DNA of 64,000 nt from Octopus vulgaris (Eukaryota), in NCBI GenBank assembly GCA_951406725.2, contig OX597817.1:148676001-148740000 (forward strand). The letters are read 5' to 3'. Position numbers and translations under genes: made by a program. Positions 1-13,042 of the stretch are shown here, piece by piece (within the stretch, counting starts at the first letter, position 1; each line of letters starts with the position of its first letter). The notes beneath the pieces were generated by a model that saw only the letters and a list, made by a program, of their open reading frames with translations, made no database searches and had not been told where the DNA came from.

Positions 1-46
1 AGCAGTGAAGAAGTATAAACAAATTTTTAATTTAGGTCGTAATATC

Positions 47-511
47 TTTTAAATTCTAAAGGCAATCTCACTGCAGTTGTCGTAGATAAAAAAAAATTCA
101 CTATTATGGCAAAAGGTGTAAAAACTCAGAGCTTTCCTCCAGTCGATCCCCAGATGTGCATTTCTGGCCCTTTAGCCACCTTCAATGGGAACTACCCAAG
201 AGAGATAACCATGCCGAGATTCAAGCAGTAGCTTTAACAAAAATAAATAAATAAGTATCACAGACTGCGCTGTCACCATACAGATTTAAGAGCGCAGCTC
301 AGTCACTGATGATGATTGTTCTGGGGTAAAAGTTACGGCTTTGAATCTACGCAGGGTTATCTCTCTTCAGTATTTCCCATTGAGAAAGGCTAACGATAAA
401 ATATGGCCCCCTGAGAAGCCGCTAACTTACAAGATATGGTATTTTTACTCCTTTTGCCATAAGACAGATTCTGATTTCTAACTGCATGCAATTTGCCTTT
501 GGAAGTTAAAA
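47..511. mobile_element. Degenerate palindromic (foldback/MITE-like) element
   Basis: The arms match as reverse complements: TTATGGCAAAAGGTGTAAAAA vs TTTTTACTCCTTTTGCCATAA, and TTAGCCACCTTCAATGGGAACTACCCAAGAGAGATAACC vs GGTTATCTCTCTTCAGTATTTCCCATTGAGAAAGGCTAA. There is a central CTGCGCT/AGCGCAG hairpin. Confidence 0.65.
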
Positions 512-554
512 TAAGACACAAGCATATTTTACCTAACGTAAAGTTCACGTGCGT

Positions 555-624
<70 letters not shown>

Positions 625-1219
625 CTGTGTGTGTGTGCGTATAAGTATATATATGTGTATATACATGCAAATATTCACATAGACTCACACACATACATGC
701 GCACACAAGCGTGTGTAAGTGCTTAGATGGGATTTTGTGTGTGTGTATGTGTGTGTGTGCGTGTGCTCGCGCGTGGATGTGCAAGGTATTTTGAACGTGC
801 GTATATAAACTTGTTTAAATATCTGAATCTTTCGAGGGGCACAATGGCATGTTTTGAAAAGAAAATGGTGTCTCTCGCAGTGAGAGCCAAAGAACTGCTG
901 ACAATATTTTCAGGAGCCGGCATCCGTGAAATTACAATCAATTTTGAAAACATAAACGTAAGGCATGTCTCTAAATACCGTAAAATATTTTAATGAACTT
1001 TCCACCATTTTTGTCAACGTAAGACATTTGAATGAAGGAAAAAGCTATTTTATGGTCACCCAGCCTGCTAGAAATAGCAATATGATATCTCAGTACTCAT
1101 ATCTTACGGTATTATAGAAGTTAAGCTTTAGAGGATAATATAGTTTAGATATACTGTCATTGAAAATGCTTGAAACAACAGATACATGTTCTTTCAGCAA
1201 TCAGGGTGCTAGAAAATAA

Positions 1220-1396
1220 CCACCGATGCTGGTGTGTTTACATCCCCGTAACCTAGCGGTTCGGCAAAAGAGACCGATAGAATAAGTAGTAGGCTTACAA
1301 AGAATAAGTCCTGGGGTAGGTTTGCTCGACTAAAAGTGGGTGCCCCAGCGTGGCCGCAGTCAAATGACTGAAACAAGTAAAAGAGTAAAAGAGTAA
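1220..1396 (+). mobile_element. SINE family B, 3' half
   Basis: CCGATGCTGGTGTGTTTAC...GGCCGCAGTCAAATGACTGAAACAAGTAAAAGAG matches the full copy at 20414-20828. Confidence 0.85.
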
Positions 1397-2544
1397 ACTT
1401 CTAAAGATAAACTCATTGCAGTTGTAAAAAATACATTTTCTCCCAACATCGCTTAACCACCGATGCTGGTGCTAGAAATAACAGTCAGGTATCCAATATA
1501 TCACACCCTGTTATCTTCAAAATCAGAAACGTTGCATTTGGATACTACAGTCAAGGATACATATTGTCTTAAAAAACGGGATAGTCACAGTTGAAACACA
1601 TTTGATCATAGGTATGATTGATCAAGACAGACGTGTGACTATATAATAATTGATATAACTTTATACGTGCGTGTATGCTTGCATATGTGTGAGAGATAGA
1701 GTTTGTGTATATATGCATATGTGTGTGCTTGTGTGCATGTATTTATGTATTTATATGTATGTGTTGTAAGACGCACATACATACACACACACACACCTAC
1801 GTGTGCTTATCGGCATGAATTGAATTATGCATATAAAATATGTGTATGCGAATGAACAGGCGTGTGCCTGTAATTATGCGAATATGTTTCCATGTATCCG
1901 TTTGGAGATATTATTAAAAAATAACCACATACACACACGAGCACAAAAATATATGATTGAAAATTCACTAATTTGCAAATTATATTCCATGCTGTAAAAG
2001 AGTTATCCAAGCAGTTCATTGTGTCTGCTGGCTCTTCTTCTGGAACTGACATTTCTATAGTTCTTGTGCCTTTAAAACGTAGATTCCTTCAATATCGGTT
2101 TTTCCATTTTTTCTTCTTCTTCTTGAACTAGTTACCCTATTGGCGCATCCATTTGCTATTCCATTCTACATACTGTAATCATGTACAATGATATTGTATC
2201 AATAGGATTCTATCTTTTTTTATATTTCGTCATTTCTTTCTTCCATCTTTCAATATATTTATCCTCTTCATTCACCGTTTCTTTCTTCCGCTTGCCTAAT
2301 CATTCTCCTTGTCACTCTCTCATCCTTCTCCTCGCTTGTTTAATAAGAATCCAACAGTTTTATTGTGCTCTTCATATATATATTTTTTAATTTTTTTTCT
2401 ATAGTGTATTTATCATTTTTCTGCTCTGAAATCCCGTCGTTAACGGCTGAGGTCAAAATCCTCCATTATAAACCATTCAATAGAAAATATTCAATCAATT
2501 TTACATACCGGTGACGAATTTATTTAATTTTAGTTCACCATTAC

Positions 2545-2596
<52 letters not shown>

Positions 2597-3469
2597 TCAC
2601 ACATTTCTTTTTACTATTTTTATTAGTTTATAACCAAAAAAAATTACCTCTTTGTTAACTCAGTTAACATTTGAATATTAAGGAAATTTAAAGCAAAGTG
2701 AAAATTTGCTTAGACTGAAAAATGTATAAGATGGCGGCTATAAAAATTTATAAACTCAGCTGGCATGTGTACATCAGCAGTAAGTGACTATGAATGACGT
2801 AAAGCTTACTGGGGAGTTGTCATTAGCAGATCTGTGTATTATAACCATTGCGAAAAATCTACGCAACGTAATCTGCATTTGTGTATTTAAGCAGCAGAAT
2901 TTTATCTTCAACATTCTCACCGACACCATTGAAGCAGTTGTAAATTTTAAATGAAATAACTTCGTCTCGAATATCTTTCGCGTTCTGTACATTATAAGAA
3001 ATGTACCTACCACTGGTTTTAAGCCGAATTATAAATGAAACCTGATTCAATTGATAAATATTAATATTATATACACTTCTTCATTGGTAACGGGTGGTCG
3101 ATAAAATTGTAATTTATTTTAGTATTTATTTGAAGATATGTTATCATATTCTAAACGAACTGACGAGAAACACACGTAACCCAAACCATTGAAACTGAAA
3201 AGAAATCCCAGACTGCATGCAGCATTGTTGGGTGTTAAAAAGCTGCGTTTTCGATTTCGCAAAAGCCAAAACAATGCGTGTTATAAGAAATAAGACAAGT
3301 ACATTGCTTGTAATTTTTGCCTTGTGTTTTGCTAGTTTTAATATTACGAAGTCAGGACCTCTTATTCAGGAAATCTTTGGAAAGTTGTTGTTGCGCGCTG
3401 ACAATTGTCTTTCGTAGTTTGTGTGTATGGAGGGTTTTTTGCATATTCAGGACAGCATTGGTACAAAAG

Positions 3470-3643
3470 GATTAAGTCGATTAAATCGACCCCAGTGCGC
3501 AACTGGTTTTTAATTCATCGACCCCCGTAAGAATGAAAGGCAAAGTCGACCTCGGCGGAATTTGAACTCAGAACGTAACGGCAGGTGAAATACGGCTACG
3601 CATTTCGCTCGTCGTGCTACCGTTTCTTCGAACTGGCCGCCCT
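3470..3643 (-). mobile_element. SINE family A copy
   Basis: Reverse complement of the family A consensus GGCGGC..AGAAACG.TAGCACG...GAGTTCAAATTCCGCCGAGGTCGAC. Confidence 0.85.
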
Positions 3644-4010
3644 ACCTGTAGTTTAAATTTGCTATAGATACAAGAACGTTCTTTATTTGTCTAATACAAT
3701 AAACCATCATGCATGGACTATGTTTGACAAGTTATATATTGAGATTTGTATTTGAGCAATTATTAATTTCTATGTATTTCTATGCATATTTAATCTTCAT
3801 TATCATATCCTATATTGCATACATTGTAACATATTTTCATTAATGCTATGTTGTTGTTTATTTGTCAATGTACAATGTTTTACATAATATATATAGAGAT
3901 ATTTGTGTGAATATCCATCTGTGTTTATATAAACGTGTGTGCATATATACGTATATGTGTGTGTGCGTATATATATGTATATAGAATATACATACACACA
4001 CACACGCACA

Positions 4011-4078
<68 letters not shown>

Positions 4079-4509
4079 CATGTTTAAATGCAATATGTGT
4101 GTGGTTTGTATATATACATTTTATAGATAGAAAGATAGCGAGAGTGGGGGGAGATAGAAACTATAGATAGGTAGATAGATACGTAGATTTAGATAAATAG
4201 ATACACCCATATATGCATACAGACAAATTAATGTATTATATTAGGTTATATCCGGTTATAAAACTTTATGAATTTTTAATCACACGTATTTCCAGCTAGT
4301 ATTTGTAGACTATTACCGTTTCCCTCTGATGTCGTAATTCATTTATATATTTAAACATTAATTCCTATTTTTCATTCAGCTTGGAATTATTAATACTTTT
4401 CATATGACATATTAACTAATATAACCGTTTTTTTTCCTTTATGCATACATGCTCGTACATCATCATCAATATTTATATAACAATGAATGTATATATTTAC
4501 ACACATACC

Positions 4510-4613
<104 letters not shown>

Positions 4614-5490
4614 TATTACTCTCTGATTAGTTTAGGAATTAATGTGTGACGGAAAGAATAATTTAATACTTATAAATCTAATCTTAAATTCATCTAATTT
4701 TTTAATAATTTATAATAATCATTATTTATTGTAATAATCTAAATTTTATTAAATCCGTATGTATATATTCACTAATATCTGTTGACCTCTTCCATACTTA
4801 CCTACAATATTTCTGGTTTACTGGATTTGTACATTGTCTAGGTATAGTAGAGCATCTTTCTAGTTTCATTACCGGCAGATACTTTTTTAGCTCACAGTCT
4901 GATAGATTTGATTTCTTCCTGTTTTAATGGTAGACTTCTTGTATAGACAGCATTAAAAAAAAATCTAAACAAACTCACTATCCATTCATTTCTAATGAAG
5001 ACCGTAAGCAACCTTTGTATTAATGACAGTCATTTTGGAAACGGTTTTTGTTTTTTGATTAATTATATAAATTCCTCGACTTGGAACCAATACAGTCTTC
5101 TACCAGTGACAGTTATAATATATAAAGAATATATTCCACCGAGGTTGACCTTGCCTTTCATCCTTTCGGGGTCGATAAATTAAGCAGTAGTTGTGCACTG
5201 GGGTCCCCTACCAAAATATTTATATATATATATATATATATTAAATATCATCAACATTATCAGTTCAGTTTATACCGCTTAACATGTCAATGATATCTAA
5301 ATACAAACAAATTTAAATGTGAATGAGAGAATAGATTTTGTTCTACTTTTGATGCTATTGGAAACTGCATCCCGAAAACAAGATTTTTCGAGAGAATAGA
5401 ATAATAATAGCGATCCAGTATATTATTTATAATACCACAAGGTCAAAAATTTTGAAGGGAGTGGAAGAGTCGATAACATTGACCCCATCA

Positions 5491-5893
5491 GGGCGGCGAG
5501 CTGGCAGAAACGTTAGGACGCCGGGCGAAATGCGTAGCCGTATTTCGTCTGCGGTTACGTTCTGAGTTCAAATTCCGCCGAGCTCGACTTTTCCTTTCAT
5601 CCTTTCGGGGTCGATAAATTAAGTACCAGTTAAGCACTGGGGTCGATGTAATTGACTTAATCTGTTTGTCTGTCCTTGTTTGTCCCCTCTGTGTTTAGCC
5701 CCATGTGGGTAGTAAAGAAATAGGTATTTCGTCAGCCGTTACGTTCTCAGTTCAAATTCCGCCGAGGTCGACTTTCCCTTTCATCCTTTCGGGGTCGATT
5801 AAATAAGTACCAGTTACGCACTGAGGTCGATGTGATAGACTTAGTCCCTTTGTCTGTCCTTGTTTGTCCCCTCTGTGGGCAATAAAGAAATAG
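5491..5893 (+). mobile_element. SINE family A with duplicated internal ~183-bp unit
   Basis: It has a tRNA-like head (A-box-like TGGCAGAAACGTT, B-box GAGTTCAAATTCC). The unit GTATTTCGTC...GTAAAGAAATAG is present twice. Confidence 0.85.
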
Positions 5894-6093
5894 ATATGAC
5901 TGACACCCATTTGTCATTAGCACCCATTTGTCACCCATTTGTCACTATCGACCATGAAAGAATGAAAGACAAATTTAGCGCCGGCTGATTTGAACCCAGA
6001 ACGTAATCAAGCGGAAGAAATGTTGCTAAGTATTTTGTCCGACGCAGTAACGATTTTGTCTGTTTCGTTCAAGAGAAGATACGCGTGTGAGGA

Positions 6094-6154
<61 letters not shown>

Positions 6155-6199
6155 AATTTAATGAATGCACTGTATAGTTAAATCGGTTTTTCATTTCAT

Positions 6200-6990
6200 G
6201 GTCATCAGGGTATGCTTCTGCTGCAACACAGGCTTGTAACCGTATTGAAACATCTCGACGTGCTTTACGACATATGTATACCAGGATTGTTTCACATTCT
6301 TGGATAATAACTTACTTAACATGTTCAAGGCTGTTAATCTTCTGACGATTGACACGGTCTTTTATATATATAACCCCACAAACAAGTATGGTGGTGTTAA
6401 ACCATGTGAGCGAACCGGCCACTCCACAGGCCTTCGCCTCTCATTCGAACTATCAGGGAAAATTTTATTCAGTCAGTCATGGACAGCCATTGAAAATGTG
6501 TGGGAGCACCATTCTGCTGCTACCATAATTCTTCAAAATCTTCTTGTCCCTCTAACTTAGGGAGAACTTTGTTTTCTAAAAGTTTCAGATACGTGACCTC
6601 AATAGAGCATGGCTCCACGAATCCGCTATAAATCATACCTGCACACATTGTGCCAGGTCTCTTGTGGACATACCCAATCGTGATTTGAGTTTTTTCTTGT
6701 CTCCAGTATACACAGTTATACCGAACGAGACTCCCTGAAACATAAAATTTTGATTCATCAGTCAAGACAACTTGTTCTTCCAATGTTGGGTCACCGTTGA
6801 ACTTTTCCCGCCATTTTTCTGCAAAATGAAAGCGATTTCTGCAAAATGCAAGCGATGATCTGGATCATCTTCCATTAATCCACGAATCAGACGAGGGATA
6901 TAAGGATTCAGTTTCATATCATGGAACAAGCATCTTAAAGATATCTTTGAAAGAAAAATGCGTTCGATCTCATTCCACATAGCGGAACAA
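6200..6990 (-). pseudogene. Decayed Tc1/mariner-superfamily transposase (rosa/DD41D, DUF4817-associated type)
   Basis: Fragments LMEDDPDHRLHF, LTDESKFYVSGSLVRYNCVYW and *QQNGAPTH resemble L.EDD..RR.EF, SDEA.F.L.G.VN.HNC.YW and QQDGAPPH. The frame is broken by stops and frameshifts. Confidence 0.7.
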
Positions 6991-7065
6991 CCTGCAAGTG
7001 ACAAAAAGAGGGAAAATTTGGTACATATATATATCCATATATTTATATATATAGATATATATATT

Positions 7066-7122
<57 letters not shown>

Positions 7123-7124
<2 letters not shown>

Positions 7125-7997
7125 CTTATAAACAAAGGCAAAGGAAAGTTATTTCTATGCCAATATGCTGATAACAGACTTTTAAATTGTCAATTTCCAT
7201 ATATTATACACCCACTACAGAAATACGTTGTACTGAAATCGGGAAACTAGTCAACAAAAAAACAAGTTCGTTATTTCTATATTGAATCAATTTCGGAATT
7301 AATCTCATAGATTTTTTCCTCTTCAGTAGAAAATACGATAAGAAATAAATGAAATACTTACATGCGCCCATGGAATAAAAGCCGAAACAAAAGTCATGAG
7401 CACATATAAGTTGTTTATAATTTTAACCTTTCAAGGTGTTTTAATTTGCTGCCACTTTTTGATGAAATTGTTTCTTTAAAAAACTTCATTCTATATTAGT
7501 AGTATATTTATTACTATTCGCTATAGAGACTGGTAACCACTATAAGCTGTGGTGGAGAACAGTTCATACGTGGACTGAGGCTAGCCAAAGGACTTTATAT
7601 TTAGATATAACTGGGGTACTTATATGTACTCATGACTTTTGCTTCGGCTTTTTTTCATGGGCGCATGTAAGTATTTCATTTATTTCTTATCGTATTTTCT
7701 AATGAAGAGGAAAAAATCTATGAGATTAATTACGAAATTGATTCAATATAGAAATAACGAACTATTTAAAAAAAATTCTGTAGACTAGCTTCCCGATTTC
7801 AGTACAACTTATTTCTGTAGTGGGTATATAATATGCGGAATTGACGATTTCAAAGTCTGTTATCAGCATATTGGCATAGAAATAATTTTCCTTTACCTTC
7901 GTTTATAAGTTGTTTATAATTTTAACCTTTAAAGGTATTTTAATATGCTGCCACTTTTTGATGAAATTTTTACTGTAAAAAACTTCCTATATTAGTA

Positions 7998-8085
<88 letters not shown>

Positions 8086-8142
8086 ACTACTAATATAAGA
8101 AGTTTTTTACAGAAAAATTTCATCAAAAATTGTAGCATATTA

Positions 8143-8152
<10 letters not shown>
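7123..8152. repeat. Complex foldback element between (TA)n tracts
   Basis: Inverted arms of about 290 bp at 7123-7411 and 7618-7911. A ~100-bp direct repeat at 7405-7507 and 7904-8000, with a further inverted partial copy at 8085-8152. Confidence 0.85.
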
Positions 8153-8182
<30 letters not shown>

Positions 8183-8749
8183 CATACATATTTATAGATG
8201 TATAAATACATCTTACACTATACTTGAATTCATTTCTGTTGATTCAATATAAAACAAATATAAGTAGAAAGATCATCATTATTATTATTACAATTCCATT
8301 ATTTGACACGTGGTTATTCCAAAGTCAAACACATCCATATTGAAATCATTTCGGCCTTAAAAGGCTTCAGGCTTAAATCTTTATAACTGAAATAAAATGC
8401 ATTTCAGTAAGAGATGAATATCTTGAACACCGACTCTATTTGAGTCTGTGGATTTAATGTATGGCATTGAAATATAACGGCTTTGGCACCGACAGTTATA
8501 AACTTCCAGACGACGTAAATAGAGCGATTAGTAGGCGCCTCGAAGGTGGTATAAATTAGCACCACTCAATAGAGTAGCATGCATACAAAATTTGAGCAAG
8601 CTCCCAAGGGCTGCATTATTTATGCTGCCTTCGAATTTACTTGGAAATATATCAACGAGAAGTTGTAGGATACCGGTTTGTTCGCAAATTGCTACTATAG
8701 GAATATGCGACGAGGTGTGTGTTTTGCTACTGCTCATATACATACATAC

Positions 8750-8852
8750 ATATATATATATAGGACATAGGATATATATATGTGTGTATATATTTATATA
8801 CACACACACATATATATATATGTATAAATATACACATATACATATATATAAG

Positions 8853-8883
<31 letters not shown>

Positions 8884-8915
8884 AGTGTATATTTGTACAT
8901 ATATATGTGTGTGTG

Positions 8916-8982
<67 letters not shown>

Positions 8983-9083
8983 GTGTGCGTCCGCTTACAA
9001 ATGCAATATATGTATTTGTTATAATATATGTACGTGTGTGTGCGCGCATATAAATGCAATGTATGTATTTATATGTTTAAATA

Positions 9084-9133
<50 letters not shown>

Positions 9134-10194
9134 GATGACACAAAGGTCTCCCACGCAATACAGAACCCTGAAAATATTGCGCATCTGCAACATGAGCTGG
9201 ACACAATATACAGGTGGGCTGAGGACAACAACATGCAGTTTAATGCAGGTAAGTTCCAGGCCCTGCGCTACTGGCACACAAAGGTAAATGACGTGAAGAC
9301 TGGATACACTGGCCCAGGAAGAATTGCAATCCCTGAGTCAAAATCAGTGCGTGACCTGGGCATTGACATGAGCAATGATGCATCTTTCCAAATGCATATT
9401 GCTAATCTGGTGATAAAATGCAGACGGCTAGCTGGATGGATTCTCCGAACTTTCAGAACAAGAGAGAAGGAGACACTGATGGTCCTATGGAAAACATTTG
9501 TCCTCAGCCGCTTGGACTACTGCTCCCAACTTTGGTCACCACACAATATAAAACAAACAGCAGAACTCGAAGCAACTCAGAGAAGCTACACAAAGAAAAT
9601 CGTCTCAATGCAAAATGTCAGCTACTGGGAAAGACTGAAGGTATTAAACCTCTTCTCCCTGGAGCGGAGGCGGGAGAGATATGCAGTAATATACATCTGG
9701 AAAATCCTGGAGGGTCTTGTCCCAAACTTTGGCATTCAAAGTTACTCCAACCGCAGAACGGGCGCCGCTGCGTGGTGCCAAGGATTCCAACATCACCATC
9801 AAAATACAGGTCCAGATACTGCAACAGCTTGGGTTTCAGAGGACCACAGCTTTTCAACATCCTCCCTAAATGCCTGAGAGACTTACATGGTGTGGATGTG
9901 GGTTTCTTTAAAACTAAACTGGATCTCTTCTTGTTGGGAGTCCCAGATGAACCTACCTCACGACAGGAGACACGGATGCGGGCAGCAGCATCGAACTCCC
10001 TTGTTGATCAAGTGCCACGTATCAGAGGTGGATTCACAAACTAGTGTGGCTCATTCAGCGGTGGTGCCCCAGCATGGCCGCGGCCTTCGGGCTAAAACAT
10101 TTTTAAGGATTTAAGGATATATATATACTTATATTGAGGGCATTCTGTATGTATATATATATGTATGTATGTATGTATATATATATATAATTAT

Positions 10195-10245
<51 letters not shown>

Positions 10246-10345
10246 TATATAAACATATAAATACATACATTGCATTTATATGCGCGCACACACACGTACA
10301 TATATTATAACAAATACATATATTGCATTTGTAAGCGGACGCACA

Positions 10346-10399
<54 letters not shown>

Positions 10400-10431
10400 C
10401 ACACACACATATATATGTACAAATATACACT

Positions 10432-10471
<40 letters not shown>

Positions 10472-10570
10472 GTATATGTGTATATTTATACATATATATA
10501 TGTGTGTGTGTATATAAATATATACACACATATATATATCCTATGTCCTATATATATATATATATATATA
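8750..10570. repeat. ~370-bp inverted duplication flanking a LINE fragment
   Basis: Unique anchors TAGGACATAG (8761) / CTATGTCCTA (10541) and GTGCGTCCGCTTACAAATGCAATA / TATTGCATTTGTAAGCGGACGCAC. Arms at about 8750-9130 and 10207-10570. Confidence 0.9.
9128..10118 (+). mobile_element. 5'-truncated CR1/Jockey-group LINE (RT C-terminal half plus 3' UTR)
   Basis: YADDTK, W...[44 protein letters not shown]. One frameshift near 9760, stop at 10044, tail repeat (TTTAAGGA)2. Confidence 0.9.
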
Positions 10571-10650
10571 TATACATACATACACGCGCACTCAAATATA
10601 TTCATACATACGTGTGTGCATAGATGTGTGTGTGTGTTTGCATACATTAG

Positions 10651-10722
<72 letters not shown>

Positions 10723-11691
10723 TGTGTGTTATCACATGGTAGTGGCAAAAAGAAGGAAAGAAATCTTTGCGCCTTACTCCAGTTACAGAACGATTTGTCT
10801 TATATTTTTAATGATAGCTTCTGCCACTGTGGACACCAGCTTGTGATACATGAGAGCCCGGCTAATTGAGTGGAGAAAAGTATTTATTTGTATAAATGAT
10901 AATGGCTAATAATATTTAATTCTATGAATATTTCCAACATGTGTTCGACACTGCAATCCTTTGGGAGTAAAAATATCGCAATGAAATCTTATTGTAATTC
11001 ATATATGGCGTTTCGTTATAACTCCATTGATTTCGTATAAATTCTGCAAGATGTCTATACCTGAATGGTGTGTAACAAAATTTATATATGCTGTGACATA
11101 CTGATATATTATTAAGCAATGAGTCACGCTCGTAGAAATAACACAAGAATATACACCTCGCCATTCCAGCATATATATATTCTTTACTCGTATTTAATAA
11201 ATGGCGTACGTATATCTTCATGCAATATTTCAATACATATAGAATCTTTAAATTAAATATTATAAGATAAAACCACAAGAGCTGCATGAAACGTCTGGTT
11301 GAGTTGTTTATCTTCCATTGGTAGTATTTGAGAGAAAGCGAAAGGAGGGGGAAAAAACGCTTTCATTTAGCTGCAAAGTTTTGCAACGTTTAATGGAATG
11401 CGTCTATCGATTTACCAGGAAATTTGCATATGTTGTTCGAGTATCTTGTTTTCAGTAGCCTGTCTGTATTTATACTGATTCCCAGCTTAAGCACATACCT
11501 ACTCGTCCTGTTGGAGGATAGTTTTTAACTTAACTAATTTTAATCGTCTCCACTATAGCGAAGGGTAAAATTGACTCTGCCGAAATTTGAAATCTGAGGG
11601 TATAGAGTCGTGGCTTATTAAGGATTTAACTCTAGCGGTATTTCGTTGCTGTTATACAATTCCGTCTTTGTCAATACTCATAATTGTTTTA

Positions 11692-12355
11692 AGGCGGCGA
11701 GCTGGCAGAAATGTTAGCACGCCGGGCGAAATGCTTAGCAGTATTTTGTTCAAATTCCGCCGAGGTCGACTTTGCCTTTCATCCTTTCGGGGTCGATTAA
11801 ATAAGTACAGTTACGCACTGGGGTCGATATGATCGACTTAATCCGTTTGTATGTCCTTGTTCGTCCTCTCTGTGTTTAGCCCCTTGTGGGTAGTAAAGAA
11901 ATAGGTATTTCGTTGCTGTTATAAAATTCTGTCTTTATCAATACTCATAATTGTCTTAAGGCGGCGAGCCGGCAGAAATGTTAGCACACCGGGCGAAATG
12001 CTTAGCAGTATTTTGTCTGTCTTTACGTTCTGAGTTCAAATTCCGTCGAGGTCGACTTTGACTTTCATCCTTCCGGGCTCGATTAAATAAGTGCCAGTTA
12101 CGCACTGGGGTCGATATAATCGACTTAATCCGTTTGTCTGTCCTTGTTTGTCCTCTCTGTGTTTATCACCTTGTGGGTAGTAAAGAAACACGTATTTCGT
12201 CTGTCTTTACGTTCTGAGTTCAAATCCCGTCGAGGTCGACTTTACCTTTCATCTTTCCGCGGTCGATAAATTAAGTACCAGTTGCGTACTGGGGTCGATC
12301 TAATCGACTGCCCCCTCCCCACAAAATTTCGTGCCTTGTGCCTAGAGTAGAAAAG
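11692..12355 (+). mobile_element. Tandem SINE family A cluster
   Basis: Two heads (GGCGGCGAGC at about 11693 and 11960), repeated internal units, and terminal tail GCCTTGTGCCTAGAGTAGAAAAG. Confidence 0.85.
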
Positions 12356-12807
12356 CATATTCATAATTCTTTCTAGGTTTGCCACACCCAAGCAAGTATT
12401 TAGCTAGTGGTTCGGTTGACTGCATTGATCTCAGTACATGACTAGTAATTTATTTTGTCGACTCCGACGGAACGACTGATAGACAAAGTTGACTTCAGCG
12501 GGAGTTGGATACAAAATATAAAGAGCCGAAACAAACATGGCAATTTTATTTCCAGTGTTATAAAATTTCTCCCAATTCACAACCTCTATAGCAATAATTG
12601 ATATATAAACAAAAAACACCAGGTTGGCATATGCCTGCAGATATACATAAATCTATCGCAAATCTATAATACATATCTATGTACATGACTATGCACTCAA
12701 TATCACTTTCTTTACACTAATTACTTTGTAATATTAAACAATTTTAAAGCTGAAATACCTAGACAACTTATATTACAGTTCTATATTTAAGAGATGATGA
12801 ATTATGT

Positions 12808-13042
12808 ATATTATTTACATTATTTACATTCGACGGATATTTGTCCTCATCTTGTTTGTTACTAACACAACGTTTCGACTGATATACCCTCCAGCCTTCT
12901 TCAGGCGACTTGGGTTCTTATTCCCAAGGTAAATTTCCCCAAGACACCTGAAGAAGGCTGGAGGATATATCAGCCGAAACGTTGTGATAAGAACAAATAA
13001 GATGAGGACAAATATTCGTCGAATGTGAATAATGTAAATAAT
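12808..13042. mobile_element. Palindromic Penelope-like terminal-repeat pair
   Basis: Inverted arms of about 100 bp (ATTATTTACATTATTTACATTCGACG... / ...CGTCGAATGTGAATAATGTAAATAAT), each carrying CTGAAGAAGGCTG..CAG(C/T)CGAAACGTTGTG. Confidence 0.75.
12945..12986 (+). ncRNA. Minimal type I hammerhead ribozyme motif (mirror copy on - strand at about 12865-12907)
   Basis: CAC-CUGAAGA-A-GGCUG(GAGGAUAUAU)CAGCC-GAAA-CG-UU-GUG: intact core, 5-bp helix II, palindromic ACGU helix III, short helix I CAC/GUG. Confidence 0.6.

Noticed and set aside
727-993. ORF with a possible GTAAGG donor at about 958
   Set aside because: No convincing acceptor and no recognisable protein similarity.
10922-11287. 121-aa ORF on the - strand
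   Set aside because: AT-rich composition, no motif, and no clear exon boundaries.
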